Shown here: positions 1 through 13,000 of the stretch, in pieces
How the letters are laid out: the number at the start of each line of letters is the position of its first letter
Position numbering within the stretch: the stretch's first letter is position 1
Source of the DNA: Balanoglossus misakiensis
Taxonomy: Eukaryota; Animalia; Hemichordata
NCBI GenBank assembly: GCA_040954595.2
Contig: CM082579.2
Span: 8,297,625-8,361,624 of the forward strand
Direction of reading: 5' to 3'
DNA length: 64,000 nucleotides
The notes under the pieces: generated by a model
The model's input: the letters and a program-made list of their open reading frames with translations, nothing else
Told to the model about the DNA's origin: nothing
Database searches by the model: none
Position numbers and translations under genes: made by a program

Positions 1-3000
1 TTATGCCAAAAACATAGATGGTAAGATTAAACGATTCGGAGGAATTGTGCTTCGCTTTCTGGAGAACAGCGTACTGAATATCAAAGATGCCGCGAAATGC
101 CAGAGATGCTGACGGACTAGTTTCTATTTTGAGTCCGTTTGCATTTGGCCAAATGATTCCTACATGTACCGCATAATTTGATGAGGTCATATTTTAAGCA
201 ATGTTAGTGGTCAAACATCGGTGGAAATCGCACAAACTAAAGATGGATATTGAATTAACTTATGTAAAGTTATTTTCACAGCGAAAGATTCAATTGAAAA
301 ATCCAATAGTCACTCGCTAGCCAAAAAATCACCCGTTGGCGAGCTTTTGGTGGACCCATTATCAGAAAGGCTGGGATTAAGTATCAAAACGGAGTTGGGC
401 GTGGTCAGGAAAACTGAGAACGAGGCTATTATCTGTAGCCTGGGATTTCACCCCAGTTTAAGTGCTGACCCCATCCAACGAGGACGCGCCACAAACTTCG
501 CGTCCGCGCCATCAACTACTAAAGTCCGTCATAAAATATTTACTACCGGAACACCTGCGAAAGTGGAAGGTTCTAATCCAGCAGTAGCCCCAAGTATTAA
601 TATTGTAATGGAGAAATTAATAACAGCATCATAGAATAAATTTGATACCACTGAAGGGAAACTTTGAGGCAAGAGTATAAACAAATGCATATTGAATTAC
701 CGCTTTTCATACCTATATATTTAATCATTTTATGAAGCTATTTCTGACAGTATTAATCAGCGGAGTTAGTTCTTTTCGGGAGTCAGTAGTCTAAATTTAA
801 TTTTTTAGAATAACGGAAATGGCAAAGCAATGATTTCTATCAGATTAGGGCATAGCACTTCCTTTCAACCAATACCTGTTTGTCAAATATTTGCATTCAT
901 TCTGTGAAGGCATTGCGTTAATTAGAAATACGATATATCTGTTTGTCTCACTCTTAAAAGTGCTAACTCAAGGTGCGGGATATTTTCATTCAACGGGGTA
1001 ACGTTATTGCAATAGCAAATTCATATTTTGATTGGACAGCGTGACAACCCTTCGATATGAATGGTCGGTGGTATATTTCGTTTGTCTAATCATGTTCTAA
1101 TATAGAGACACGGAGTTGGCGCATTCCAAAGGCCAGAATACCACGTTTAAACAATTTTGCCTCTCTAATACATGGATGGGTTTGGTTTTCTGGATACTAT
1201 AGTATCTTATTTCAGTTTGATAATTGCACGTTTATCGTTATTAAATTAGTTGACATATTAATGGCATTCCCGGCAATGAACACTGCTACGCAAAACTTTG
1301 TGATTCTTCATGCGCGTATGTGCACTGTAAACCGGCGGGTCATATTCATCTGGATTTGAAAGAAATGTCGGAGGATCTCAGATTCCAGGCATAAGGATTT
1401 ATTGCCGAGGTTTCAGATTAATGCTAGCATGTCATTCCCGCAGTCTATAAAAAGGGAGAAATCAGCGCTGCCGTAATTGAATGTCCGCGCTGTAAAAAAT
1501 ATTAATGGTTCCACTTCATCATGATGCAACGATTTGACGTAGACAGAGTACAAGACCTACCCATAAATTGATATATTATTCTATTTTTGACAATCCTGGC
1601 AAATGCGCCTGCTGGACTAAACTTGTACATTAACCCGAATCTCACGCTGTTTTTCGGTTCTCAATTATTTATCACGGATATGTTGTGCGAAAACAGTAAT
1701 GAAAAAAACTATACTTACACGTTTCCTATAAATAAATATGCTCGTGTACGCTATCCGTATAACAGACCAAGAACTCCTAAACGAGGTCGCGCGTCACAAT
1801 TATTGCGTACTCATTTTGTTTCAGATGTAAACAAGTAAACGTTAAGATGTATTTTATTGTGTTTTAATGTAGCAAGTGCAAAATCCGCCAATCTATCTTA
1901 ATCATAATTTGGCCGACGTCAGAATATACAGTTCGTTCGAATTTTTAATTTCACGAGTTTTAGGGTTATTACATTCCAAATGTGTTTGATCTTTTCCTGG
2001 TGAAAAAGTATATATAGCCGTTTCAAGGGATATCAAAAAATCAAAAGCTTTGATATTCGGACATCTAATCTACTACAGACTCTGTAATGTCAAAAAGTAC
2101 GTCGACTACATTAATAATGATCATTTACATCCTATTAATAACACTTTCTCTGGACAATTACGCTTAATGCGATGAGCTATAGCTTGCATGGCCTTATGGC
2201 TACAGATTGTCCATTCCTGACTAGGCTGATAGATGTTTTGTGACACATATCGATGAATCGCGGAAAGTTTACGTCACTGTGAAATGATCCGGATAAGGGA
2301 AATTGACTTTGTTAACGCGTTCTGTCGAGGAATTCTACATTTGGAACTTATCCAATCTGTCACTTGTGCAATAGCTGATTTGCATAGATGACGGTGACGT
2401 CATGGCCATTTCATTTATGGAATGAAGGAAACAAATGATGTAATTTTAAAGTATCAGATATAATTTGCACAGTCTGCCATGACGCTGTTTTTATTACAAA
2501 TATGTCACTTCATATCACAACACATGTACACTGTTTTCAACAAGCTTATAATTCGAGACAAGATAAAAGCATCCGAAATATCACACGCGAGTGCTTTCTC
2601 CGAGGTTCGCATCGCTATTAAGGTATATAATAAGGGAAAGCCGTTTAGTAAACGACGGCTTCACCGCGAGCTCTATTATTTTAATGGACATTTTATGCCT
2701 TTTCATACTGACATTTTATTACCTTTCTTAAAATATCTTCTAAATCGCTCAAGGCATTAATGCCGTAATGTCTTATCAAGGGGTGCGGTGATTTTATTTA
2801 CGCCGGGGTCATTGAATCGTGAAACCTCACAATAGTTAATCACTCAAACCCATGGTAACGTCGTACCCGAAAGTTCAGTTGCGTCTTGAATTCTCACTGT
2901 GTCCTCTACAGTGGGACTCATACGACCGTAGAGGGCCGCCTCCCTTTAATTAGTATTGTCAATTTACTTAACATTGTATATCAATCGGGAACATTACTGA

Positions 3001-3807
3001 AGCTTCATTAGCTTTAAATTATGGAAAAAGTTGTGATTGATTAACATTCTAAGGCACAAGCGTTGGATAAAATTCTCGACGGACTACGTGTACGCTAACA
3101 TCTTCTTCCGAGCAAGAAGCACTAAAAATAAATAACGTTTTCATGGTGTGAGCGAAGATTTAATACCACGATAGTCATAGAAATATTCATCTTCCAGTGC
3201 TTTCATTCCTGTACACTGTATGTGTTTGGCCAATATAATTATTGCCATTAGTCAGACCCCGTCAGTGTCTGCGTGTTGCCCGCATTTAGGTGGTGTTGTA
3301 TACACAGTTTGGAATTCGGGTTTCAACTTAATGTAAGGGTAGAAAATAATTATACGAGCGCAAACTTGCTCCAGTGACGTGGCCAGTAATTAATATAATC
3401 ATGTCCGTGATGTTGAGATACGATTGAGATTGGATTGAATTTTGGCTAATTGCCCCGTTCTATTTTAGAATTTCACTTTTCACTTTTTCCATTTTCTGAG
3501 AGTCGGCGAATGAGCCCTAGTTTCAGATGCAATCTCTGCTCGGTTAGATGTAGCAATTCGATTTGTTCGCATTTGATGGTTCATTAAACACCACAGAATA
3601 AAAGGACGGCAATTTTATTTCGCCCAATAATAGTAGATGATCAAATTGCTCACACGGAAGCAGACGCAGGACATGCTTGAAAGATTTTTTATCAAAAAAC
3701 TTTATTACCTCGTTTTTTATTGTCACGCCCAATATACGTCTACCAGCATATGTACCTTAAACACTTACTTTAAGAATACATTGTACTACATTAAAGACAA
3801 ATCCTTT

Positions 3808-3870
3808 CATCCATCCATCCATCCATCCATCCATCCATCCATCCATCCATCCATCCATCCATCCATCCAT
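3808..3870. repeat. (CCAT)n tetranucleotide microsatellite, followed by a few CAAC units
   Basis: Directly visible perfect run; it produces the HPSIHPSI tract in ORF 3637..3891. Confidence 0.97.
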
Positions 3871-6800
3871 CAACCAACCAACACCTCATAAGGGCAGTGC
3901 TAAAATGAGAGTTTCATTATCTGTTTATGGTGACTTTGAACGTGAAGAATGCTAACGTGGCCTAAAAGACACTCTTTGCTCCTTGTGGTCTCGAATGGTT
4001 GGTCTCCTTAGGCTTAGGTCTATAGTTTTAATGTACATTACTTGCACTTAATTACTTTCAAAGAATAACATATGAGTTTGTCTGGAAAATCAGACGAGCT
4101 ACAGATAGCTAATGAATTGGCAATCTACCTGAAGGTCAACAATGTAAATTTTTAAAACTTTAAGTACATTTCAAGATTAAGAGAAACAGAATCTACTAAG
4201 TGCATTATTTGGATTTTAAGGTGAACGTTTTCAATTTACTCCTAAATGGTTTCCTGTTCGAGATGTGGACTACATCGGTGGGTTAATGTTTCCTGGATTT
4301 ATGCCCTCGGTAGACAAATGACAGTTGACCTCAATGCACATTTTGTTTAATACATGCACGTACGAAGATTAGGACTTTTGCAGGCATGGATAAGAAATGT
4401 TATCCGTGGACTTAATAAAATGAAATGAAATAAAATAAAGTATATGAATTATAACTGCTAATCCACCAAATTTTAAGTCCTCACAAACCTTTAATACCAC
4501 ATAATTAAAGAGAATCATACTGGCTAATTTTGGCAGCGTTTACACCAGAAGAAATATAGCAGGAAAGGGTTTAGAGTAGTTGTTATAAAAAATCCAAACA
4601 AAAAGAAAATTATAACGAAACGTATATTTGAAAACGCAACGCTATAGGGAACAATGTCCATATGCTTCTGAGAAGAAGAGTATTGGTTACCTATAATTAC
4701 AAACTGTAAGGCTGGGTGAGAGATAGCTTGTGAATCATTTTAGGAGAGCACCTTATTCCACAAAAATCATATTTGTCAGCGTAATCCATCGCATTAAGAG
4801 CGAGATTTCGAACGCCACAAATTAAACGAAAGCAATATTTCATATCACTCAAAGCCTGTGTGGTGACGCTCGATAATCAATCTATCCAACTGATGTAATG
4901 AGATGTGGAGATATATATGCTCGGGCTTAATTCAATTTCGTATGATGTAATAAAGACTAGAAACTGGATATCTGTTTACTTCTGATTGATAATCTTATTG
5001 ACGTATTGTAACTCAGTAGTAATGCCTTACGTCTATTTTTATAAATGATGTATAATATTACATGTCCGCATGCTTGCATTTATGATGACCATTAGCTGTG
5101 AGTGTTTTGTGGAATAGAGTTATTGTCTACATTTATGACCCACAAATTGTCTTACATTTTACTTTGTATCATCAGTCATACACAGTACATTCGACATCGG
5201 AAATATGTAACCAAAGGGAATATGTACCAAAGGGTATAGGTACTGTGGTAGGTGACCAAAACCAATGATTCACTTGGCCAGCATAGTTGTAGAACGTCGG
5301 AGAGCGCCCGGACGAAAGTGAGAGGATCGAAGTACATGGAGAGTTGTGCAAATGTGCAACTGGACGAGATTTATACAAGGAAAGCTTTAAACATCTCCAT
5401 TTAGTTAGGTGATGGGATCATAGCAACTTGACATGATAAACAAAGTGAATCGAGACGCAGGAACTCGTTATATGTCTGTAGCTTGCCATTAATTTGTGTA
5501 ACCAGTACACGTGTACACTGTTTGAGTTTGCCGTAAATAAAGTCTGATCGTACTTCTGAACTGTTTCAGAAACCGCAAACGCCTTCGGGTATAGAAAACC
5601 AATTCATGTTTGCGAACGATTGCGCGTTAATGTACAGTTTTTTCCCCTTCCGAATCGAGGGAAACATTCTCGTTAAATAATTAATCGACGGCTGCTTTCT
5701 CATGCACGTTACCGCTTCGCCAAGTCGGTGCTGATCGCTGTTGTGTAATCTTTTCCTGTACGGTACGTCTCCTTCAGTGACAATAAATGGTCGATTGTCT
5801 CATCCGAGTTATCCGTCCGCCTCCGATAATGATCTCTCTAATGGCCAGGCGTTATTCTTTGCGGCTTTCTGGGGGCGTGCACCCATCTTATAGGCTTAGC
5901 TGGCGTCTCTTCTTCTCCCATCTAATGAGACACAGATAAACCTGTTGACATTTTCCTCCGCATCCCCGTACTATACAATGTATCTCAATCTCCGAGTCGC
6001 CATCACTGTAGTATAGTAACGTGTACATGTAAGTAATGTCGATCTACTGTACTGTTTGATCTGGCACACAGGCAAACACAACTCGACAACTCTTCATTAA
6101 TTTCAGCCGGTCTATTTCAGCTAGGAAAGCCAGTCCTTTGTTTTAATGCGAACCTTAACTCAACCCACACCACATGCGACGTATATTATGGGAGGGGTGG
6201 GGAAGGGTAAGGTTGGAGCAGGGTTATAACGGGATATTTTACTTATAGGCGATCACAGAGAATGTCTGAATGTTTTCTTTGCTAGTTGAGTTCGGCTTAC
6301 TATCTTTTCATCCAATTACGTTCCGTTTGATAAACGACTCTCTCTCTCTCTCTGTGACACGAGTATGTCTCCGTAATCAATGGAAGTAGGCAAATTACCG
6401 GCATTATTTAGACAATTGATTTCTTGGGTATGACTGGCACACCGCGTTATGTAAATGTCGCGTGATCTTAAATTGAGACATTTAAGTTTATTTATAAAGA
6501 CGAGATATTCCGTGGGCATGTGGCAGAGAACGATACCTAATTATTGAAAATAATGCGATCCGTTGGCATGCCTTGACGGCCGTGAAAACATCACCGAAGC
6601 ACAAGAGAGAACACCGTCACCGACTTGCTCACAAATTAACGTCACGTCGCGTTTCAATCGTCTTTACCAGAACGCTGACCTCACGTGGCCGAGTTCAGCG
6701 GTTCACAATTCGTATGCAGAAGTTTGATCTGCCAATTACTTCACAGTGACAGCGTTTTTATGCGCGCCGGCAATTTTCCCGGCTTTCTTTCCTTACGAAA

Positions 6801-7720
6801 GTAAACCAACTCAATCAGCCGTTCGCCCACCCACAAAAAGGCCACCATCGATGGCAGCAATCTGAACGTTTTACGACCAGAGGAATAAGCTCCGCGGAAT
6901 GAATTCCAACCTTTAAAAAGTTACGTTCCATTTTCCGATGTCAATTTTGTGATTGCCATTCGATGATTACGGTAACTATCCCTTGGGTCTGACAGTTGAG
7001 TCGGTATACGATTTTGCTGATTTTTTTTAATGAATTATAACTAGACCCTGGAATTTTCTCACATTGTTTGGAGTCGTGATGTCATTTCCGCTGCGTCAGT
7101 TGACAAGAAAACCCCATACATGTACACCTACATACACTCGCTAGTCCGGTGCTCCTGTTGTATTGAATGTAACAGACTGTATATATACTGTATAAGATAA
7201 AACATTCCGTTCTTTTATAGTGAAACGTATATCCACTTCACCACGACCACCTTTATGGGATACAGGCGGAAACATGCATTTTCGCATATCTTTCAGTTGT
7301 TCAGCCTCCCGAGTTTTTAACGCGTAATGCTCAGTCTGTTCAAGATATATCCACCCTTGATATCCACCACCCCCGCAAGGGAATCATCGCGTGAAAGATC
7401 GGTATATGGAACTCGAATACTTTCGCATCAACAAAACCATCTGACTAATGATTTACGTCAGCCTATAGATAATCAAAGTCCATTTCAAGAAAATCTGGTA
7501 CATTAGTCTATCTCAGCCATCTCTACTTCTCTACACTATTAAGATTACGTTGGCTATCCACGTGCGCTTCCGACGACAAAGCGTATGTTGTCGTTTATCA
7601 TGCCTTGTCCATCTGAAACTCCCCTCTTTCAAGTCTCGACCAGAGACAACGGCTTGCGCGACGGTGGGCAAAGTGACGGAATCGGCCATTTGTGTACTTC
7701 TCTCGTTAAAACTAATGACA

Positions 7721-7985
7721 CAATGGACCATCTTTCGCCCACTGCGAAATCTCGCGAGACTTGACTAATAACCGCAGGAACAGGATACTAGCCAGGTAGT
7801 ACAAGTCAAGCTTTGTAAACTAAAATAGGTGCAAATTTGAACCAAAAATTGTAACTTGTTTACCTTTTAGCATGACGAGCCACGAGTTGTGTTGTCCTGC
7901 GTCATATGAGAATGTCCCCCCATTGAAACTGCCTAGTCACGCGAGATCTCGCAGGCTGTCGAGGAGTTCAGAAAATGGTCTATTG
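7721..7985. mobile_element. Probable decayed MITE (~265 bp non-coding element with imperfect terminal inverted repeats)
   Basis: Left end CAATGGACCATCTTTC...CTGCGAAATCTCGCGAGACT matches the reverse complement of the right end, CAATAGACCATTTTC...CTGCGAGATCTCGCGTGACT. No coding capacity and no clear TSD. Confidence 0.55.
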
Positions 7986-8419
7986 GCGGCAAATATTGAC
8001 TGTTTATTTTCCAAACCTCTGCCACATGGTTTTTGATAGATCAACCTTAATAAACCACTGTAAGTTTCTGGATCCCTTCAAATTACACATATTTTGATTA
8101 TAATAAATTACAATATTTGGATAAGAAGATCTTGAAAACTTTCAAGAGGAAAGTTAACATTAAGAACACAGGGTATTGACAAAAATACCCAAAGTCGCTT
8201 ATCATGCAAACTGAATAGCTAACATAAATCATGATTAGGAATCTGTATCTTATCAGATTAATATATCTTACTTGTCCCAAACTGGATATGCGGCTTATCA
8301 ACTAATCATCCTTAACTTGAATGATCACAAGCTGGCATTGAAACCTATGTACAAACAACTTCTAGTTCTCTTTCTATGTCGAAGAGCAGTAACATTTTCA
8401 AATATGCAAATTGACACAG

Positions 8420-8870
8420 AATAAGTAAATCTCCCCAGAGAGCATTAGTTTCACAGCAACCTCCCCAGTCGTTATGGTCGCGTTTGTTTCTGTTGTGTGT
8501 TAACGTTCTGTTCCCACTCTGTTGTCCGTCGTATGTAATATTGATGGGCATGCTTTGACTTTCCTAAAATCCAATGGTTCATTGGTGAGTTAGTGAAAGT
8601 TTTTAAACTACAATGTATTAATATCCAACAGGCGTTTCTATCCTGGATATTAATCACAGCAGTCCCCAGCTTTCATCGCTAAGCTAATTAGGCGTGTTGT
8701 CATCGTTACTTAAGTACCTGAAAGAACTTAGCATGTTTAAAGAATCAGGCAACATGATAATCGGGGATTACTTTGCTAATTTGTGTCCAGGTGTTACTGA
8801 TCAAGACATCGTCATAATGTGTAACTTAATTATGGCTTGCGGATTGATAAATGAGGAAACAGAGTGTAAA
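8420..8870 (+). mobile_element. Possible highly decayed AP-endonuclease fragment of a non-LTR retrotransposon
   Basis: Degenerate motifs in the expected order: EH*F (cf. QEHWL), RYGRVCF (cf. GYGGVA) and GNMIIGDYFANL (cf. IIxGDFNA), interrupted by stops and frameshifts. Motif-level resemblance only. Confidence 0.3.
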
Positions 8871-10099
8871 CAGACTAATATATTACTGTATCAAGGTTGA
8901 CACAAATGACACTAATGTTGGTACGATAACGTGATAAACAACTTGAATGTTCATTTTTACCTTGCACTCAGGCGACAGAAAATGCAACCATTGGGCGCAC
9001 CCGAATTCCTCCAGAGGGCAGTATTGAATGAAGGCAGGCACTTTCTCTGTGTGGGAAGGTCATTGGCCGTTACCATTACAGGTTTTCCACTCCACCGAGT
9101 GCATGTTCAAAAGAATTACACTTTGCGAATATTCGAGTTAACGGTGTGACATATAAAGGTCGTGCTTTCGGATTTGGTCCTTCAATTATTACGTGTCTAT
9201 GTTTAAAGGTTGAAGGTCACATTGCGAACAAAGTGGTCACTTAGATGAATTAGAACTCTAATTTCAGCTGTTGGTGGTAAATCGTATAGCGACACAATTT
9301 TTATCACGATTTTCTTTGTTTTCCCACAAAGCTTAATACTAGTAACTCTATAATTTTGTACCCTAATGTGGAGAGTGACGTCATATAGATGACTGCATTG
9401 TTATCATTTAATACGTCAACTTGCATCTTGTATGCAAAACACTGGGCCTATAATCAAATTTTCCTTATTGCACATACTGACATAAAACGTAATTCAATTC
9501 TAGACAGATTTTATGCAATTTCCTTGATTCATATTTTCGAAGTGGTCTTTTTCTGAACTTTAAGGCATATTTATATGCGTGACGACTGCTTCCTTCAGCG
9601 ATAAGGTATACTATGTCGCCAATACATCATTATCTTTATGGGGAAAATGGAAAAAAAAAAACATTACGATCTTTTATAAAATGGCATAAGATGTCATGCC
9701 ACGAACTGCTGAGACCATCCCAATATGAAAGCATTCTGCTTTAAGTATTTTTTGTACTAGGTGAAAGTGATTGCAAGGCGTTTTGGGCCTTATGGTATGT
9801 ATGATGATCGATTTTTACTTCAGATCAAATGTACCGCTTATATCTCTAAGTATTAAAAGCAGAAAGCCACGAATCCGGAATGTTTTTTTCTTCTGTGTCT
9901 TGCCATACAAATACTTAATACAGATTAAAGGTTACCATTTTGAGATACATGTGTAATCCAAATTATCTTGAGTAGGTTCGTCTCTATCTTTAGACATCAT
10001 TCTTTACTCTTCGAAATCACCATCTCTCTTGTGAGATTTTAAGACAGTCAATCACACAAATAAATTTAAAAGGTCAACGTTTCCGTACCCGAGTTTCCT

Positions 10100-13000
10100 G
10101 CTCATGAAAATCATCAAAAAATGCCGATTTTTCGACTTTGCGAAATTTCGAAATTTCTTCGATTTTTGAAAAAAATCATGGGTTATAGCTCATAAAAATC
10201 ATCAAAAAATGACGATTTTCCGAATTTGCGAATTTTCGAAAGTTCTTCGATTTTTGAAAAAAATCATGGGTTATAGCTCATGAAAATCATCCAAAAATGA
10301 CAATTTTTCGACTTTGCGAAATATCAAAATTTTTAATTTTTTTGAAAAAACCATGGGTTATAGCTCATGAAAATCATCCAAAAATGACAATTTTCCGACT
10401 TTGCGAAATATCAAAATTTCTTCATTTTTTTGAAAAAACCATGGGTTATAGCTCATGAAAATCATCCAAAAATGACAATTTTTCGACTTTGCGAAATATT
10501 AAAATTTCTTCATTTTTATGTAAATACCATGGGTTATAGCTCATGAAAATCATCTAAAAATGACAATTTTTCGACTTTGTGAAATATCAAAATTTCTTCA
10601 TTTTTTTGAAAAAAACATGGGTTATAGCTCATGAAAATCATCCAAAAATGACAATTTTTCGACTTTGCGAAATATCAAAATTTCTTCATTTTTTGAAAAA
10701 AAACATGGGTTATAGCTCATGAAAATCATCCAAAAATGACAATTTTTCGACTTTGCGAAATATTAAAATTTCTTCATTTTTTTGAAAAAACCATGGGTTA
10801 TAGCTCATGAAAATCATCCAAAAATGACAATTTTCCGACTTTGCGAAATATCAAAATTTCTTCATTTTTTTGAAAAAACCATGGGTTATAGCTCATGAAA
10901 ATCATCCAAAAATGACAATTTTTCGACTTTGCGAAATATCAAAATTTCTTCATTTTTTTGAAAAAACCATGGGTTATAGCTCATGAAAATCATCCAAAAA
11001 TGACAACTTTTCGACTTTGCGAAATATTAAAATTTCTTCATTTTTTTGAAAAAACCATGGGTTATAGCTCATGAAAATCATCCAAAAATGACAACTTTTC
11101 GACTTTGCGAAATATTAAAATTTCTTCATTTTTTTGAAAAAACCATGGGTTATAGCTCATGAAAATCATCCAAAAATGACAATTTTTCGACTTTGCGAAA
11201 TATCAAAATTTCTTCATTTTTTTGAAAAAACCATGGGTTATAGCTCATGAAAATCATCCAAAAATGACAATTTTCCGACTTTGCGAAATATCAAAATTTC
11301 TTCATTTTTTGAAAAAACCATGGGTTATAGCTCATGAAAATCATCCAAAAATGACAATTTTTCGACTTTGCGAAATATCAAAATTTCTTCATTTTTTTGA
11401 AAAAACCATGGGTTATAGCTCATGAAAATCATCCAAAAATGACAATTTTTCGACTTTGCGAAATATCAAAATTTCTTCATTTTTTTGAAAAAACCATGGG
11501 TTATAGCTCATGAAAATCATCCAAAAATGACAATTTTTCGACTTTGCGAAATATTAAAATTTCTTCATTTTTTTGAAAAAACCATGGGTTATAGCTCATG
11601 AAAATCATCCAAAAATGACAATTTTTCGACTTTGCGAAATATCAAAATTTCTTCATTTTTTTGAAAAAAACCATGGGTTATAGCTCATGAAAATCATCCA
11701 AAAATGACAATTTTTCGACTTTGCGAAATATCAAAATTTCTTCATTTTTTTGAAAAAACCATGGGTTATAGCTCATGAAAATCATCCAAAAATGACAACT
11801 TTTCGACTTTGCGAAATATTAAAATTTCTTCATTTTTTTGAAAAAACCATGGGTTATAGCTCATGAAAATCATCCAAAAATGACAATTTTTCGACTTTGC
11901 GAAATATTAAAATTTCTTCATTTTTTGAAAAAACCATGGGTTATAGCTCATGAAAATCATCCAAAAATGACAATTTTCCGACTTTGCGAAATATCAAAAT
12001 TTCTTCATTTTTTGAAAAAACCATGGGTTATAGCTCATGAAAATCATCCAAAAATGACAATTTTTCGACTTTGCGAAATATCAAAATTTCTTCATTTTTT
12101 TGAAAAAACCATGGGTTATAGCTCATGAAAATCATCCAAAAATGACAATTTTTCGACTTTGCGAAATATCAAAATTTCTTCATTTTTTTGAAAAAACCAT
12201 GGGTTATAGCTCATGAAAATCATCCAAAAATGACAATTTTCCGACTTTGCGAAATATTAAAATTTCTTCATTTTTTTGAAAAAACCATGGGTTATAGCTC
12301 ATGAAAATCATCCAAAAATGACAATTTTTCGACTTTGCGAAATATCAAAATTTCTTCATTTTTTTGAAAAAACCATGGGTTATAGCTCATGAAAATCATC
12401 CAAAAATGACAATTTTTCGACTTTGCGAAATATTAAAATTTCTTCATTTTTTTGAAAAAACCATGGGTTATAGCTCATGAAAATCATCCAAAAATGACAA
12501 TTTTTCGACTTTGCGAAATATCAAAATTTCTTCATTTTTTTGAAAAAACCATGGGTTATAGCTCATGAAAATCATCCAAAAATGACAATTTTCCGACTTT
12601 GCGAAATATCAAAATTTCTTCATTTTTTTGAAAAAACCATGGGTTATAGCTCATGAAAATCATCCAAAAATGACAATTTTTCGACTTTGCGAAATATCAA
12701 AATTTCTTCATTTTTTTGAAAAAACCATGGGTTATAGCTCATGAAAATCATCCAAAAATGACAACTTTTCGACTTTGCGAAATATTAAAATTTCTTCATT
12801 TTTTTGAAAAAACCATGGGTTATAGCTCATGAAAATCATCCAAAAATGACAACTTTTCGACTTTGCGAAATATTAAAATTTCTTCATTTTTTGAAAAAAC
12901 CATGGGTTATAGCTCATGAAAATCATCCAAAAATGACAATTTTCCGACTTTGCGAAATATCAAAATTTCTTCATTTTTTGAAAAAACCATGGGTTATAGC

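Noticed and set aside
347-634. 95-aa ORF near the window start
   Set aside because: TTG start, no recognisable domain and no convincing splice context; a terminal exon cannot be excluded but is unsupported.
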